A DNA stretch of 63,996 bases, the filler included, from Candidatus Hydrogenedentota bacterium (GTDB taxonomy: Bacteria > JBFMHD01), in the NCBI GenBank assembly GCA_040752395.1. It is 13 parts of 13 records of this genome, joined end to end, with 100 filler letters (N's around TTAATTAATTAA, not from the genome) between each part and the next. Parts side by side here need not be neighbours in the genome. Positions count along the whole stretch, not along the records: positions 12,101 to 31,018 come from JBFMHD010000024.1; 12 more parts are not named here. The stretch is one strand, 5' to 3'. Position numbers and translations under genes: made by a program. Each line of letters begins with the position of its first letter. Position 1 is the stretch's first letter. Of the stretch, positions 20,536 through 31,118 are shown in pieces. Under the pieces are notes generated by a model. It searched no databases, was not told where the DNA came from, and saw only the letters and a program-made list of their open reading frames with translations.

Positions 20536-20817
20536 ATGAAGTATTATGACTGGGATGATGATAAGAATGAGTTTATTAAGAAAATGCGCGGGGTATCATT
20601 TGAGCAGGTTGAACTAGCTATTGAGTCCGGGAACTTAGTTGATCGATTAAAACATCCAAACACGCAAAAATATCTGAATCAGAAGGTATTTTTAGTTAAG
20701 ATTGAAGATTATATTTATTCAGTGCCTTATGTTGAGGATAATGAAAAAATATTTTTAAAGACAATTATCCCAAACAGTAAAGCAACGAAGAAGTATTTAG
20801 GAGGAAATAAGAAATGA
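20536..20817 (+). CDS. BrnT-like toxin
   Basis: YDWDDDKNE...RGVSFE...HPN..KY..Q...VPYVE..IFLKTIIP. Confidence 0.8.
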   Translation: MKYYDWDDDKNEFIKKMRGVSFEQVELAIESGNLVDRLKHPNTQKYLNQKVFLVKIEDYIYSVPYVEDNEKIFLKTIIPNSKATKKYLGGNKK

Positions 20818-21113
20818 GAAAAACATTTTACATGGATAAAGAGGAGATAGAACTGGCTAGATCGCTTGAGAACGAAGAATGGGTTTCTGATCTGACCAAG
20901 AGCGCTAAAAAACAATATAAAGAATATGCTCGCTATAGTTTAAACAAGAAAAAAAGAATCAATATCAGGATAAATGAGCGGGACTTAAAAAAAATTCAAG
21001 CTAAAGCAGTTGAAGAAGGGTTACCGTACCAAACGCTTATATCTATGTTAATTCATAAATATAATGAGGGGAAAATATCTATGATATTATCGAAAAGGGG
21101 ATCTATGGTCTGA
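20814..21113 (+). CDS. BrnA/CopG-like antitoxin
   Basis: KKRINIRI..DL..IQAKA.EEGLPYQTLI; ATGA overlap with the toxin. Confidence 0.8.
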   Translation: MRKTFYMDKEEIELARSLENEEWVSDLTKSAKKQYKEYARYSLNKKKRINIRINERDLKKIQAKAVEEGLPYQTLISMLIHKYNEGKISMILSKRGSMV

Positions 21114-21120
21114 AAGTAAT

Positions 21121-23505
21121 ATGAGAAAAGACAGTATATTAGATTTTATAGGTAAAAAAATCGTGATCTTCGATGGCGCTATGGGCACAATGCTTCAACA
21201 TAAAGGATTAAAATTAGGTGAATGCCCCGAGTTATGGAATATAACAAAACCCGATTATATAAAAGAGATACACAGAGCATATATTGATGCAGGTGCTATG
21301 GTTATCACAACTAATACTTTTGGGGGGAATGTTTTTAAACTTAAAGAGTATAATTTACAAAACGAGATAGAAAGAATTAATGCCAAAGCTGTGAAATTAG
21401 CAACAGAGGTTGCTACTGATAAAGCTCTTATTGCTGGAGATATTGGACCTACTGGATTATTATTAAAACCGCTTGGGGAACTAAGTTTTGATGAAGCAGT
21501 AGCTACGTTCTACACCCAGGCAAAATACCTTAAAAACGCAGGTGCTGATTTAATAATAATTGAGACTATGTCAGATTTACTTGAACTAAAAGCTGCTATA
21601 ATCGGCGCTAAGGAGACACGGCTTCCGGTTATTGCTACGATGACTTTTGAAAAAGGCAGAACACTAACAGGAACCGACCCAACAACGTTTGCAATTACAG
21701 TTGAAAACATTGGGCTTATTGCACTTGGTAGTAATTGCTCAAATGGACCAGGAGAGATGATTGAGATTGCAGAAAAAATAACTGATTCTACTAATCTTCC
21801 AGTAATAATCCAGCCGAACGCAGGAAAACCGAAGATAGATGAAAATGCAAAAGCTGTATATGATTTATCAATAAAAGAATTCGTTAATTGCTCGTTGAAA
21901 TACATAGCCAATGGCGTGAGCATTGTCGGTGGATGTTGTGGAACTACGCCTTTACACATCAAAGCGCTTCGAGATAGGTTACATGGACGGTCTTTGAAAA
22001 GAAAACATATAATTTCTGGCTTAAAATGTAGTTCGAGAACTAAGTATGTTGAGATAGGGTTGGATAGGAGGCTCTGTATAATAGGTGAACGTTTAAACCC
22101 AACTGGCCGAAAAGATTTATCAATAGAGCTCAGGGAAGGCAAGAGTGGACTTATTAGAAAAGAAGCGATAGCACAGAAGAATGCAGGAGCTCATATCCTG
22201 GATGTTAATGTCGGTATACCTGATATTGACCAGATAAAAGCGATGGAGGTTGTTCTTTCAGCTCTATTGGGTGCTTGTGATTTACCTTTAAGCATAGATA
22301 CGACCAATGCCGGCGTCTTAGAGACTGCTTTGAAGATGTATCCAGGTAGGGCTTTAATTAATTCTATAAGTGCAGAGAAACGTAAAGACAGATTTTTCGA
22401 ACTCGCTAAAAAGTATGGTGCAGCACTTATTCTTTTACCAGTAGATGAAAGCGGTGTTCCACAGAAACTTGAAAAAAGAATCAATATCGCTAATAAGCTG
22501 ATTAGAGAAGCAGAGAGAAGGGGGTTCGGTCGAGAAGATATGTTGATAGATGTGATAGCATTACCTATTGCTACAAACCCTGAAGTAACAGGCCATATAA
22601 TGGAAATGATAAGATATTTTAATAAGAATGGTTTTCTTACAACTATTGGATTATCCAATCTATCGTATGGTTTACCTGAAAGAGAGTGGCTTAACACTAT
22701 TTTTCTACACTTTGCTATTTATAATGGTTTGAGTTCAGCGATATTAAATCCGCTCTCTTTAGTAACGAGAAAATCTTTGTTAGCATTAGCTGCTATATGT
22801 GATATGGAGCATGGGGTAGAAAAGTTTATAAATGCTTGTAAACAGGGGAAAAAAAATGCTACCCAATGTGGGATGAGTATAGAACAAGAGATTAAAGCAA
22901 TGGTTTTAAGTGGTGATAAAGAGAATTTAATATCATTATTAAAAAAAGCATTGAACGATTATAAGCCAAAAGAGATATTAACCCGGATGATTATACCAGC
23001 TTTACAGGAAGCAGGTGTTAGATTTGAAAAGGGTGAGTTTTATTTACCAGAGATGATTAAATCAGCTGAGACTATGCGTGAAGCATTCGAGTTTTTAAAA
23101 CCTGAATTATTAAAAGTTGGCGAAAAAATAGAATCATCTGGTCGAATTGTTATGGCTACTGTGAAAGGCGATATACATGATATCGGGAAAAATATTGTTG
23201 TTTTACTCCTGTCAAACAATGGTTTTGAGGTATACGATTTAGGTAAAGATGTTTCAAAAGAAGAGATAGTTAATAAAGCAAGAGAATACAAGGCTGATAT
23301 AATAGGTTTATCAGCCTTAATGACAACAACAGCTGTCGAAATAAAAAATGTTATTGAATTAGTAAGAAAGGAACTAAAAACTACAAAGGTTATGTGTGGA
23401 GGAGCTGTTGTGACAGATGTGATGAGCAAAAAATTTGGTGCTGATGGCTATGCAAAAGATGCGTTTCACGCAATAGCGGTCGCAAAAGAGTTGATTAGGA
23501 AATGA
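21121..23505 (+). CDS. metH: B12-dependent methionine synthase (homocysteine, pterin and cobalamin domains; no reactivation domain)
   Basis: DGAMGTML, GGCCGTTP, IGERLNPTG, VKGDIHDIGKNIV, GLSALMTTT. Confidence 0.9.
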   Translation: MRKDSILDFIGKKIVIFDGAMGTMLQHKGLKLGECPELWNITKPDYIKEIHRAYIDAGAMVITTNTFGGNVFKLKEYNLQNEIERINAKAVKLATEVATDKALIAGDIGPTGLLLKPLGELSFDEAVATFYTQAKYLKNAGADLIIIETMSDLLELKAAIIGAKETRLPVIATMTFEKGRTLTGTDPTTFAITVENIGLIALGSNCSNGPGEMIEIAEKITDSTNLPVIIQPNAGKPKIDENAKAVYDLSIKEFVNCSLKYIANGVSIVGGCCGTTPLHIKALRDRLHGRSLKRKHIISGLKCSSRTKYVEIGLDRRLCIIGERLNPTGRKDLSIELREGKSGLIRKEAIAQKNAGAHILDVNVGIPDIDQIKAMEVVLSALLGACDLPLSIDTTNAGVLETALKMYPGRALINSISAEKRKDRFFELAKKYGAALILLPVDESGVPQKLEKRINIANKLIREAERRGFGREDMLIDVIALPIATNPEVTGHIMEMIRYFNKNGFLTTIGLSNLSYGLPEREWLNTIFLHFAIYNGLSSAILNPLSLVTRKSLLALAAICDMEHGVEKFINACKQGKKNATQCGMSIEQEIKAMVLSGDKENLISLLKKALNDYKPKEILTRMIIPALQEAGVRFEKGEFYLPEMIKSAETMREAFEFLKPELLKVGEKIESSGRIVMATVKGDIHDIGKNIVVLLLSNNGFEVYDLGKDVSKEEIVNKAREYKADIIGLSALMTTTAVEIKNVIELVRKELKTTKVMCGGAVVTDVMSKKFGADGYAKDAFHAIAVAKELIRK

Positions 23506-23573
23506 TAACGACTCACGTCTGTTATCTTGCTTCTTGCCTCTTGCATCTTGCTTCTTATCATAGGGGTTAGTTT

Positions 23574-24374
23574 ATGAGTAAAACAACATTAAGAACTATA
23601 AAAGAAAAGTATGAAAAAAATGAAAAACTTGTGATGATTACTTCGTATGATTCGTTAATGACCGAGTGGCTGGTACAGACTGATATCGATATGATACTTG
23701 TTGGTGATTCTGTTGGTATGGTACTGCTTGGGTATGAAAATACCATCCCTGTTACAGTTGAAGATATAATTCATCATACCAGAGCAGTGAAGCGGGTTTC
23801 TAAAAATAAATTTGTTATAGCTGATATGCCATTTATGAGCTATCAGGTATCGACTGAAGATGCTTTATATAATGCAGGCCGAATAATTAAAGAAACGCTC
23901 GCTGATGCAGTGAAGATCGAAGGTGGTTTAGAGGTGTCCGAGATAGTTAAACGTATGGTTCAAGCAGGTATCCCGGTTATGGGCCATATAGGATTAAATC
24001 CACAGCATCTTCTTGCTGAAGGTGGTTATAAAGTTAAGGGAAGAAGCGAGCAAGACAGAGAAAGACTTTTACTTGAAGCAAAGTCATTAGAGCAAAGTGG
24101 TGCATTCTCAATAGTTATAGAGACCGTACCAGAAAATGTTGGTAAAATTATTACTGAGAATGTAAGTATCCCGACTATCGGGATAGGTGCTGGTAGATAT
24201 ACCTCGGGTCAGGTGCTTGTTATCTATGACATCCTTGGAATGTATGAAAAGATTAAACCTAAATTTGTCAAACGATATCGTGAACTCGGCAAAGAGATAC
24301 TGGCTGGCATCAATGAATATATTAACGAAGTGAAAATAGGTAAATTCCCGGATGAAGAACATTCATTTAAATAA
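23574..24374 (+). CDS. panB: Ketopantoate hydroxymethyltransferase
   Basis: LVGDS, ADMPF, KIEGG, GHIGLNPQ, IGIGAG. Confidence 0.97.
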   Translation: MSKTTLRTIKEKYEKNEKLVMITSYDSLMTEWLVQTDIDMILVGDSVGMVLLGYENTIPVTVEDIIHHTRAVKRVSKNKFVIADMPFMSYQVSTEDALYNAGRIIKETLADAVKIEGGLEVSEIVKRMVQAGIPVMGHIGLNPQHLLAEGGYKVKGRSEQDRERLLLEAKSLEQSGAFSIVIETVPENVGKIITENVSIPTIGIGAGRYTSGQVLVIYDILGMYEKIKPKFVKRYRELGKEILAGINEYINEVKIGKFPDEEHSFK

Positions 24375-24397
24375 AGAAGACAGGAGACAGGAGCGGT

Positions 24398-25228
24398 ATG
24401 AGGATTTTTAAAAGAATCAAAGATTACAGAGACTGGAGAGATAGAATAAAAGGCAAGATTGGTTTTGTTCCAACTATGGGTGCGTTACACCAGGGTCACA
24501 TTTCACTGATTAGAGAAATGAAAAAGGAATGTGATATATCAGTTGTAAGTATTTTTGTAAATCCGCTTCAATTTGGAAAAGGCGAAGATTTTAACAAGTA
24601 TCCACGACCACTAAAAGATGATTTAAAAATTTGTAGAATAGAAAAAGTTGATTGTGTATTTTTGCCTGATGTTAAAGAAATGTATCCACAAGAGGTTAAA
24701 ATAACAATCGATCCAGGTTGGATGGGTGATGTCTTATGTGGTATAGACAGACCAGGCCATTTTGCAGGTGTTCTTACAGTTGTTTTGAAGCTATTTATGA
24801 TTATCAAGCCAGAGATAGCCTATTTTGGGAAAAAAGATTATCAGCAATATGTTTTAATTAAAAGGATGACGAAGGATTTAAATATAGCTATAAAAATTGT
24901 CGGGTGTCCCACCATACGAGAAAAAACCGGGCTCGCATTAAGTTCAAGAAATAAATATCTTAATGAAAATGAGAAAAAAGATGCATTACTTATCTCGAAG
25001 AGTTTATATTATGCCAGAGAGAGATTTAGCGAAGGTATAAACAAAGCACGTCAGTTGCAAGGATTTATTAAAAAAATTATTAATACCGGAGCAAATAATA
25101 AAATTATTTACATTAAGTGTATAGATTTTGAATCGTTACAGGGAAAGAAAGTACTTAGAAGAGGGGATGTTATAGCTATTGCTGTAAGAACTGGTAATAC
25201 AAGATTGATAGATAACATTGAGTTATGA
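24398..25228 (+). CDS. panC: Pantoate--beta-alanine ligase
   Basis: VPTMGALHQGH, SIFVNPLQF, RPGHF, GLALSSRN, RLIDN. Confidence 0.97.
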   Translation: MRIFKRIKDYRDWRDRIKGKIGFVPTMGALHQGHISLIREMKKECDISVVSIFVNPLQFGKGEDFNKYPRPLKDDLKICRIEKVDCVFLPDVKEMYPQEVKITIDPGWMGDVLCGIDRPGHFAGVLTVVLKLFMIIKPEIAYFGKKDYQQYVLIKRMTKDLNIAIKIVGCPTIREKTGLALSSRNKYLNENEKKDALLISKSLYYARERFSEGINKARQLQGFIKKIINTGANNKIIYIKCIDFESLQGKKVLRRGDVIAIAVRTGNTRLIDNIEL

Positions 25229-25249
25229 ATAAAGATTAGTATTCTAATG

Positions 25250-25394
25250 ACCTGATACTTCTCACTTCTTACTTCTTTCGTTATCTTGCTTCTTGCTTCT
25301 TGCTTCTTTCGTTATCTTTCTTTTCCGTTATCTTGCTTCTTGCTTCTACTTGATATTATTATAATTACAATGTTTTTCAGAGGAGGTATACATA
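25250..25394 (+). repeat. Mosaic element (F-G) carrying the RBS of the MEMO1-family gene
   Basis: (tcttgct)n then cttgatattattataattacaatgtttttcaGAGGAGG. Confidence 0.9.
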
Positions 25395-26243
25395 ATGATC
25401 CGTCAACCAGCTGTCGCAGGTAGTTTTTACGAAGGCAATAGAGAGAGATTAATTGATTCTATTAAAAAATCGTTCAGTTCAAAATTTGGACCAGGCAGTT
25501 TAAAAGAAACAAAAGATATGATAATTGCAGCGGTATCGCCGCATGCAGGTTATTTTTATTCAGGTGCTGCTGCGAGCTTTGTTTATTCAAATTTAGCAAA
25601 ACGAGACTGGCAGGGAACCATTGTTTTACTCGGGTTCAGTCATCAGGGGTTAGGAACAGGTGTATCTCAAACTGACTGGAAGACGCCGCTTGGTATAATT
25701 GAGACTGATAAAGACTGGCTCTCTCGAATAAACAAATTGTTACCCGTTGATGACAGGGTTCATTCTTATGAACATTCGATTGAAGTACAGCTACCGTTTA
25801 TACAATTTATCGCTTGTGAATTTAATCAGAAAATCAAAGTCTTATGCATAAGTGTTGGTAGAGAGACAAAATCTGAAAACATTGCAAACGCTCTTTTACA
25901 AACAGAAAAAGTGGAAGCTGTATATATCGCAAGTTCTGATTTCACGCATTATGGTCATAGATTCGGCTATGCGCCCTACGCAAGGAATGCTAAAGAAAAA
26001 ATGAAAGAAGTGGATTTAAAAATTGCTGATACTATAATTACTCTTGATATAACCAAATTCGATGAATTACTTGATTCTACCGAAGCCACAGTCTGTGGCA
26101 CCAGCCCTATAAGAGCGCTTATGTATCTTTTAAAACTTAAAAATGCTAAAACTGGTAAAATATTGAAATATTATACAAGTGGTGATGTGATCGGTGATTA
26201 TGAAGATATGGTCGGTTATTGCTCAATAGTCTGGGAAAGGTGA
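25395..26243 (+). CDS. amrB: AmmeMemoRadiSam system protein B (MEMO1 family)
   Basis: RQPAVAGSFY, PHAGYFYSG, EHSIEVQLPF, SSDFTHYG. Confidence 0.9.
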   Translation: MIRQPAVAGSFYEGNRERLIDSIKKSFSSKFGPGSLKETKDMIIAAVSPHAGYFYSGAAASFVYSNLAKRDWQGTIVLLGFSHQGLGTGVSQTDWKTPLGIIETDKDWLSRINKLLPVDDRVHSYEHSIEVQLPFIQFIACEFNQKIKVLCISVGRETKSENIANALLQTEKVEAVYIASSDFTHYGHRFGYAPYARNAKEKMKEVDLKIADTIITLDITKFDELLDSTEATVCGTSPIRALMYLLKLKNAKTGKILKYYTSGDVIGDYEDMVGYCSIVWER

Positions 26244-26259
26244 TTAAAAGAAGACAATT

Positions 26260-27246
26260 ATGCAAGAAGCGAGATTTTATGAAAAAAAACAAAATAGTAT
26301 GGTACAATGCCAGCTTTGTCCGCATAATTGTCTGATTAAACCTGGTAATACTGGTGTTTGTGGCGTTAGAAAGAATATCGATGGTGTATTATATGCAATG
26401 TATTATGCTATTGTTTCTTCGGTTGCTATGGATCCTATTGAGAAAAAACCGCTCTATCATTTTTATCCTGGATCTGATATACTTTCTATTGGCAGTTATG
26501 GTTGTAATTTTAAATGTAAGTTTTGTCAGAATTATCATATAAGTCAGAATTACGAACGTGGCGAAACTTTATCTAGCCTGAAATTATTAGAAATAAATAA
26601 AAAACATCGTAGTATAGGGCTCTCTTATACTTATAACGAACCTTTAATTAATTATGAATATATCTATGATTGTTCCAAATTATTAAAAGAGCACGGCTTT
26701 TATAATGTTTTAGTTACAAATGGGTATATAAACCCTGAACCATTAAATGAGCTTCTTCCTTATATATATAGTGCTAATATAGACCTGAAAAGTATTAACA
26801 ATGATTTTTATAAAAGATTATGTAGCGGAACAGTTGAGCCTGTTAAACAAACCATTAAGACTATATTTGAGAAAGGAGCATTAGTTGAGGTAACAAATCT
26901 TATTATTCCGGGAGAGAATGATAAAGATGAAGAAATAGATGGTATAATTGATTTTATTTACAGTATAAGTCCTGATTTACCGCTACATTTCTCAAAATAT
27001 TTCCCGAGATATAAATTTAATGCTCCAGAAACACCGGATGATAGACTAATTTATATTTATAAAAGAGCTAAAAAGAAGCTTCATTATGTCTACACCGGGA
27101 ATATGTATCATCAAGAGTCAAGCAACACATATTGTCCTGATTGTAATGAGTTATTGATTGAGAGATTTGGCTATAATATAAAAAGCTATATCAGTGCAAA
27201 CAGGTGTAAAAAGTGTGGGAAAGAGATTTATTTAAAAATCAAATAA
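26260..27246 (+). CDS. amrS: AmmeMemoRadiSam radical SAM enzyme
   Basis: CQLCPHNC, DPIEKKPLYHFYPG, CNFKCKFCQN, YTYNEP. Confidence 0.93.
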   Translation: MQEARFYEKKQNSMVQCQLCPHNCLIKPGNTGVCGVRKNIDGVLYAMYYAIVSSVAMDPIEKKPLYHFYPGSDILSIGSYGCNFKCKFCQNYHISQNYERGETLSSLKLLEINKKHRSIGLSYTYNEPLINYEYIYDCSKLLKEHGFYNVLVTNGYINPEPLNELLPYIYSANIDLKSINNDFYKRLCSGTVEPVKQTIKTIFEKGALVEVTNLIIPGENDKDEEIDGIIDFIYSISPDLPLHFSKYFPRYKFNAPETPDDRLIYIYKRAKKKLHYVYTGNMYHQESSNTYCPDCNELLIERFGYNIKSYISANRCKKCGKEIYLKIK

Positions 27247-27324
27247 AATTTATAAAAACTCAAGGATAATGAACCCTCCTGTGTAACATAATGTCAATTA
27301 CTATTCTTTTGGGCAATGCTTTGT

Positions 27325-28881
27325 TTATTCAGTTGTTATCCAGGTTTTCATTTTCTGGTAGGTTTTATCACCGACTCCAGCGACATTTTTTATTTCCTCT
27401 TTGTTTTTGAAACGTCCTTTTTTCTTACGGTAGTCGATAATTTTTTGAGCTATAGTAGGTCCGACACCAGGTATATTCTGCAACTCTTCAAGACTTGCGG
27501 TATTAATGTTAATCATTTTACCTGTAATATTTCTGTATGGGGAAAGATATTCAAAGACCAGTTTAGGATCAGCCTGTTTCTCTGTACGCACAGTAAGTTT
27601 TTCACCGTCTGTATAAAACTCTATAGTACCGTGCATATCAGTACGCAATAAATTTTTTTCAGGGTTAAAAAACTTTTTCGAAAACATTTCTTTGTAGCGT
27701 TCAAGCACCTCAGGTTTGGGGTGGCCGAAACTATTTTTGGCGCCAACGCATATAACCGCGTAATCTGGATCCACACACTTCAAGAATCTTGCAGTGCTTG
27801 AGGTGGCTGATCCGTGGTGTGGAACTTTTAAAACAGTACTTTTAAGATAATCTTTTACATATATTGTGACCTCGCGTTCCAGTTCCTGTTCAATGTCGCC
27901 TGCTAATAAAAAACTTATTTTGCCATAAATCAGTTTTAAAACAATACTTACGTTATTGGCATCTGAGTTGGTGCCTCTGGGCTCAGTTTTAGGGCTTAAC
28001 ACGAGTGCTTCTATCTTGTCATCAAAATGCAGTCTTTGTCCACGACGCACAGGTCTATATTTTACGTCAAGGGTTTTTAACACTCTCAGCAGTTGTTCAT
28101 ATTCTGGAGTGATTATATTCTCAGGTTTTGGATCGATGTACACAGGGAACGGCATTTTTTTCATAACAGTCATCAAGCCGCCACAGTGGTCAAAATGCGG
28201 ATGAGACATAATAACATAATCCAGTGTTCTTATGTTCTGTGCATTAAGATATTGTACAACTTTTTCACCCTGGTCAAAAAACGAGAATCTTGATTTATCT
28301 ATACCCATCCCTGAATCGAGTACTATACGTTTATCCCCTGGTGTGCGTATAAACACTGCGTCTCCCTGACCCACATCTATAAAAGATACCAGAAGTTTAC
28401 CAGGTTCCCATAACGTAGCGTCAAATGGATAGGGATTATAATTAGTTTTGTCAGAATCGTCTCCCGTATCAGTCGCAGTGATTGCAGATTTATCTACACG
28501 GGATGAAAAATATTTTACGAGGAATGGTGAAGCTATGGCTACTGCAAGTATTAGAAGTATTATTATCGATGCTGTTATCTTCTCGCTGCTTGTAAGCTTT
28601 TTACCACTTATTTTATCTTCAGCTTCTCTCTTCTTGTCTTCACCCTCTATCTTCTCTCTTCTCTCAACCGCCACTTCTAATTTCGACACCTGTTTCCATT
28701 CCTGTGAACTTTGTTCAGCAAACAATCCCTCAATTATACTTGCAGCACGCCAGTCACTCAGCCCCTCATACCAGATATAACTCTCACTTGTAACAACACC
28801 CTGTGCTACGAATTGTTTCAGGTCATCTATGCTAAAAGGTCCGCGGATCTCGCCGTTAATGTATAGATAATACTGATTCAT
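27325..28881 (-). CDS. GYF_2 - TM - ComEC-type metallo-beta-lactamase - ComEA-type HhH fusion (start likely ATG 28881)
   Basis: GPFS...W.EGL.DW; FIDVGQGDA, SHPHFDHCGG, KVPHHGS, FGHP; ININTAS.EEL..IPGVGP..AQKII. Confidence 0.85.
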   Translation of the reverse strand: MNQYYLYINGEIRGPFSIDDLKQFVAQGVVTSESYIWYEGLSDWRAASIIEGLFAEQSSQEWKQVSKLEVAVERREKIEGEDKKREAEDKISGKKLTSSEKITASIIILLILAVAIASPFLVKYFSSRVDKSAITATDTGDDSDKTNYNPYPFDATLWEPGKLLVSFIDVGQGDAVFIRTPGDKRIVLDSGMGIDKSRFSFFDQGEKVVQYLNAQNIRTLDYVIMSHPHFDHCGGLMTVMKKMPFPVYIDPKPENIITPEYEQLLRVLKTLDVKYRPVRRGQRLHFDDKIEALVLSPKTEPRGTNSDANNVSIVLKLIYGKISFLLAGDIEQELEREVTIYVKDYLKSTVLKVPHHGSATSSTARFLKCVDPDYAVICVGAKNSFGHPKPEVLERYKEMFSKKFFNPEKNLLRTDMHGTIEFYTDGEKLTVRTEKQADPKLVFEYLSPYRNITGKMININTASLEELQNIPGVGPTIAQKIIDYRKKKGRFKNKEEIKNVAGVGDKTYQKMKTWITTE

Positions 28882-29051
28882 ATATCCCCTCGGTCTAAGG
28901 GTTCTCTTGAAAAACTTCCTTTTTGAAAAAAGGTAGTTTTTCAAAATATATTTTTATAACCTATAACAAAGGTTTTGTAAACTTTTTTTTGAGTGTGGAA
29001 ATCACGAAATTTTTTCTTGTAAAATACTGTATAAAATGTTTGTATCTGTTT

Positions 29052-30758
29052 ATGCAGGACTATAATAAGAAAGCGTTTATATTATTCTGTATATCTATCA
29101 GCGCTGTTTTAACAGTACTAAAATTCGTGTTGTTCTATGTAAGCAGTAGTCTGGCATTACTGGCCGAAGCCTGGCATAGTTTTGCCGATATAGGGACCAG
29201 TGTAATAGCGCTCATAGCTGTAATTTTTGATGAGATATCCAGAGTCCCACCACCACCAGATAAAAAACCTTCATTTATCCGAAAACTGGTTAATACATTT
29301 TCTGTGCGTGACCCGGAACTTCAGGCATCTGTACTGATAGGATTCATTCTTCTCATTGTGTCGATCAACTTGTTTTTTTCAATAGTCTACAGAAAAGAAG
29401 TAATTATTAACTATTCTTTACCTGTTGGTAGTGTTATAATCATATTTTCAGTATTCTCCTATTTTCTGTATAAACTGAAACTCTCTATCGCTGATAAGAC
29501 CGGTTCCAGGATTATTTACGCAGACGCAATACATTCTGCAAGCGATACAGTAACCGTGTTCGTCACTGGACTGAGCATAATTTTATACAATATTGGTATA
29601 AATATAGACAGGTTTCTTGGGCTTGGAATATCGGCAATAATATTTCTTCTGGCTATAGAACTCATTGTCAAATCCCTGTTATGCGTAAAAAAGGAGAGCA
29701 AGGATATACTCTTCAAAGGTTCAGTACATTCGGTGTTTCATTTTCTTTTGTTTCAAAACCTGATAAACAGTCTTTTAAAACGTACTGATGCAACCCTGAT
29801 TTATTCTATAATTAAAAACAGGTACCTCCGATATTCATTTATAATCATCGTGATTATAATTTTATGTTACTCGTCCTTATTTATAGTTCCTCCGGATTCC
29901 TGTGCAATATGTGAGCGTTTTGGCAAGCCTTTACAGAGTGAACCAGGAAAACTTTTACAGCCGGGACTACATATAAAGATTCCGTTTATCGATCAAATAA
30001 GGCTTCTGGATAATAAAAAAGTACGAAAGATAGACATAGGAAATATTGCAACCAGGTTTCTGGTATGGAACAGGACACACAGGGAAGAGATACATTTTCT
30101 TTCTGGTGACGACCAGTTTCTCGACCCGTTTATCACAGTGCATTATTCTATAACTGACCCGTACAGATATTTATATGCCTGTTCGAATTCTGAGATAGTT
30201 CTTAAACGGCTGATGACCTCGATTTTGACCCACAATTTCATATCGTACGATTTTTATGCTGCAGCAATCGATTTCAGGGAAAGCCTCGAGGTTTATAAAA
30301 CACTTCTGCAGGAGAATATTGACAAACTAAACCTCGGCATAAAAGTCGAATCAGTGCTTGCAAAGGATATACATCCACCGGTTGTAATAATAGATTCTTA
30401 CGACAGGGTTATTGCTTCGATGCAGGAAAAAGAGCAACTTATAAATGAGGGGTTAAGTTACAGAAACTCGCGCATACCTGAAGCCAACGCTGAACGTGTA
30501 AAACTCGTGGAATCCGGATACTCTTATAAATTCAAACGTGTATCAGAATCACGTGGGGTGTCAAACGCGTTCGTTGACAGGGTTTCAGGATTGTCTTCCC
30601 ACAGAAACGATATAAAGTTTTCGCTGATTCTCGAAAACGTCTCTGAGTTATTGAACGATAAAAAAGTTTATATAATTGACCCGGAAGCAAAAACTATAGG
30701 ATTATGGAGAAACGTTATCAGTTTTTCAGAATATACGGAGGATAAAAGCAATGAATAG
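29052..30758 (+). CDS. Cation diffusion facilitator domain fused to HflK-like SPFH domain (start likely ATG 29052)
   Basis: SLALLAEAWHSFAD and ADAIHSASD; ERFGK..PGLHIKIPFID, DIHPP, IPEA. Confidence 0.75.
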   Translation: MQDYNKKAFILFCISISAVLTVLKFVLFYVSSSLALLAEAWHSFADIGTSVIALIAVIFDEISRVPPPPDKKPSFIRKLVNTFSVRDPELQASVLIGFILLIVSINLFFSIVYRKEVIINYSLPVGSVIIIFSVFSYFLYKLKLSIADKTGSRIIYADAIHSASDTVTVFVTGLSIILYNIGINIDRFLGLGISAIIFLLAIELIVKSLLCVKKESKDILFKGSVHSVFHFLLFQNLINSLLKRTDATLIYSIIKNRYLRYSFIIIVIIILCYSSLFIVPPDSCAICERFGKPLQSEPGKLLQPGLHIKIPFIDQIRLLDNKKVRKIDIGNIATRFLVWNRTHREEIHFLSGDDQFLDPFITVHYSITDPYRYLYACSNSEIVLKRLMTSILTHNFISYDFYAAAIDFRESLEVYKTLLQENIDKLNLGIKVESVLAKDIHPPVVIIDSYDRVIASMQEKEQLINEGLSYRNSRIPEANAERVKLVESGYSYKFKRVSESRGVSNAFVDRVSGLSSHRNDIKFSLILENVSELLNDKKVYIIDPEAKTIGLWRNVISFSEYTEDKSNE

Positions 30759-31018
30759 AAAGATTGTTATATCAATAGCTGCTTTAGTCATAGTGCTGGT
30801 TTTCATTTACATCTCTGCATTTATTGTTCACCAGAACGAACTGGCAATACATACAAGGTTTGGGAGACCGATAAGGGTTGTAGCCGAACCAGGGTTGTAT
30901 TTCAAACTCCCTTTTAACATCGACCGCGTCTACCGATTGAGTTCCAGACTTCAATCATTCGAGTCTGACGTAGTCCAGTTGATGCTTAAGGATAAAAACC
31001 CCATAATAGTAACATGTT
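30751..31018 (+). CDS. HflC-like SPFH protein (truncated by gap)
   Basis: TM then AFIV...TRFGRP..V.EPGLYFKLPF. Confidence 0.8.
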
Positions 31019-31118
31019 NNNNNNNNNNNNNNNNNNNNNNNNNNNNNNNNNNNNNNNNNNNNTTAATTAATTAANNNNNNNNNNNNNNNNNNNNNNNNNN
31101 NNNNNNNNNNNNNNNNNN

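Noticed and set aside
12101-31018. The 18.9-kb contig as foreign DNA because it breaks the size order
   Set aside because: It carries the same repeat modules as the other contigs; name-based sorting would explain its position.
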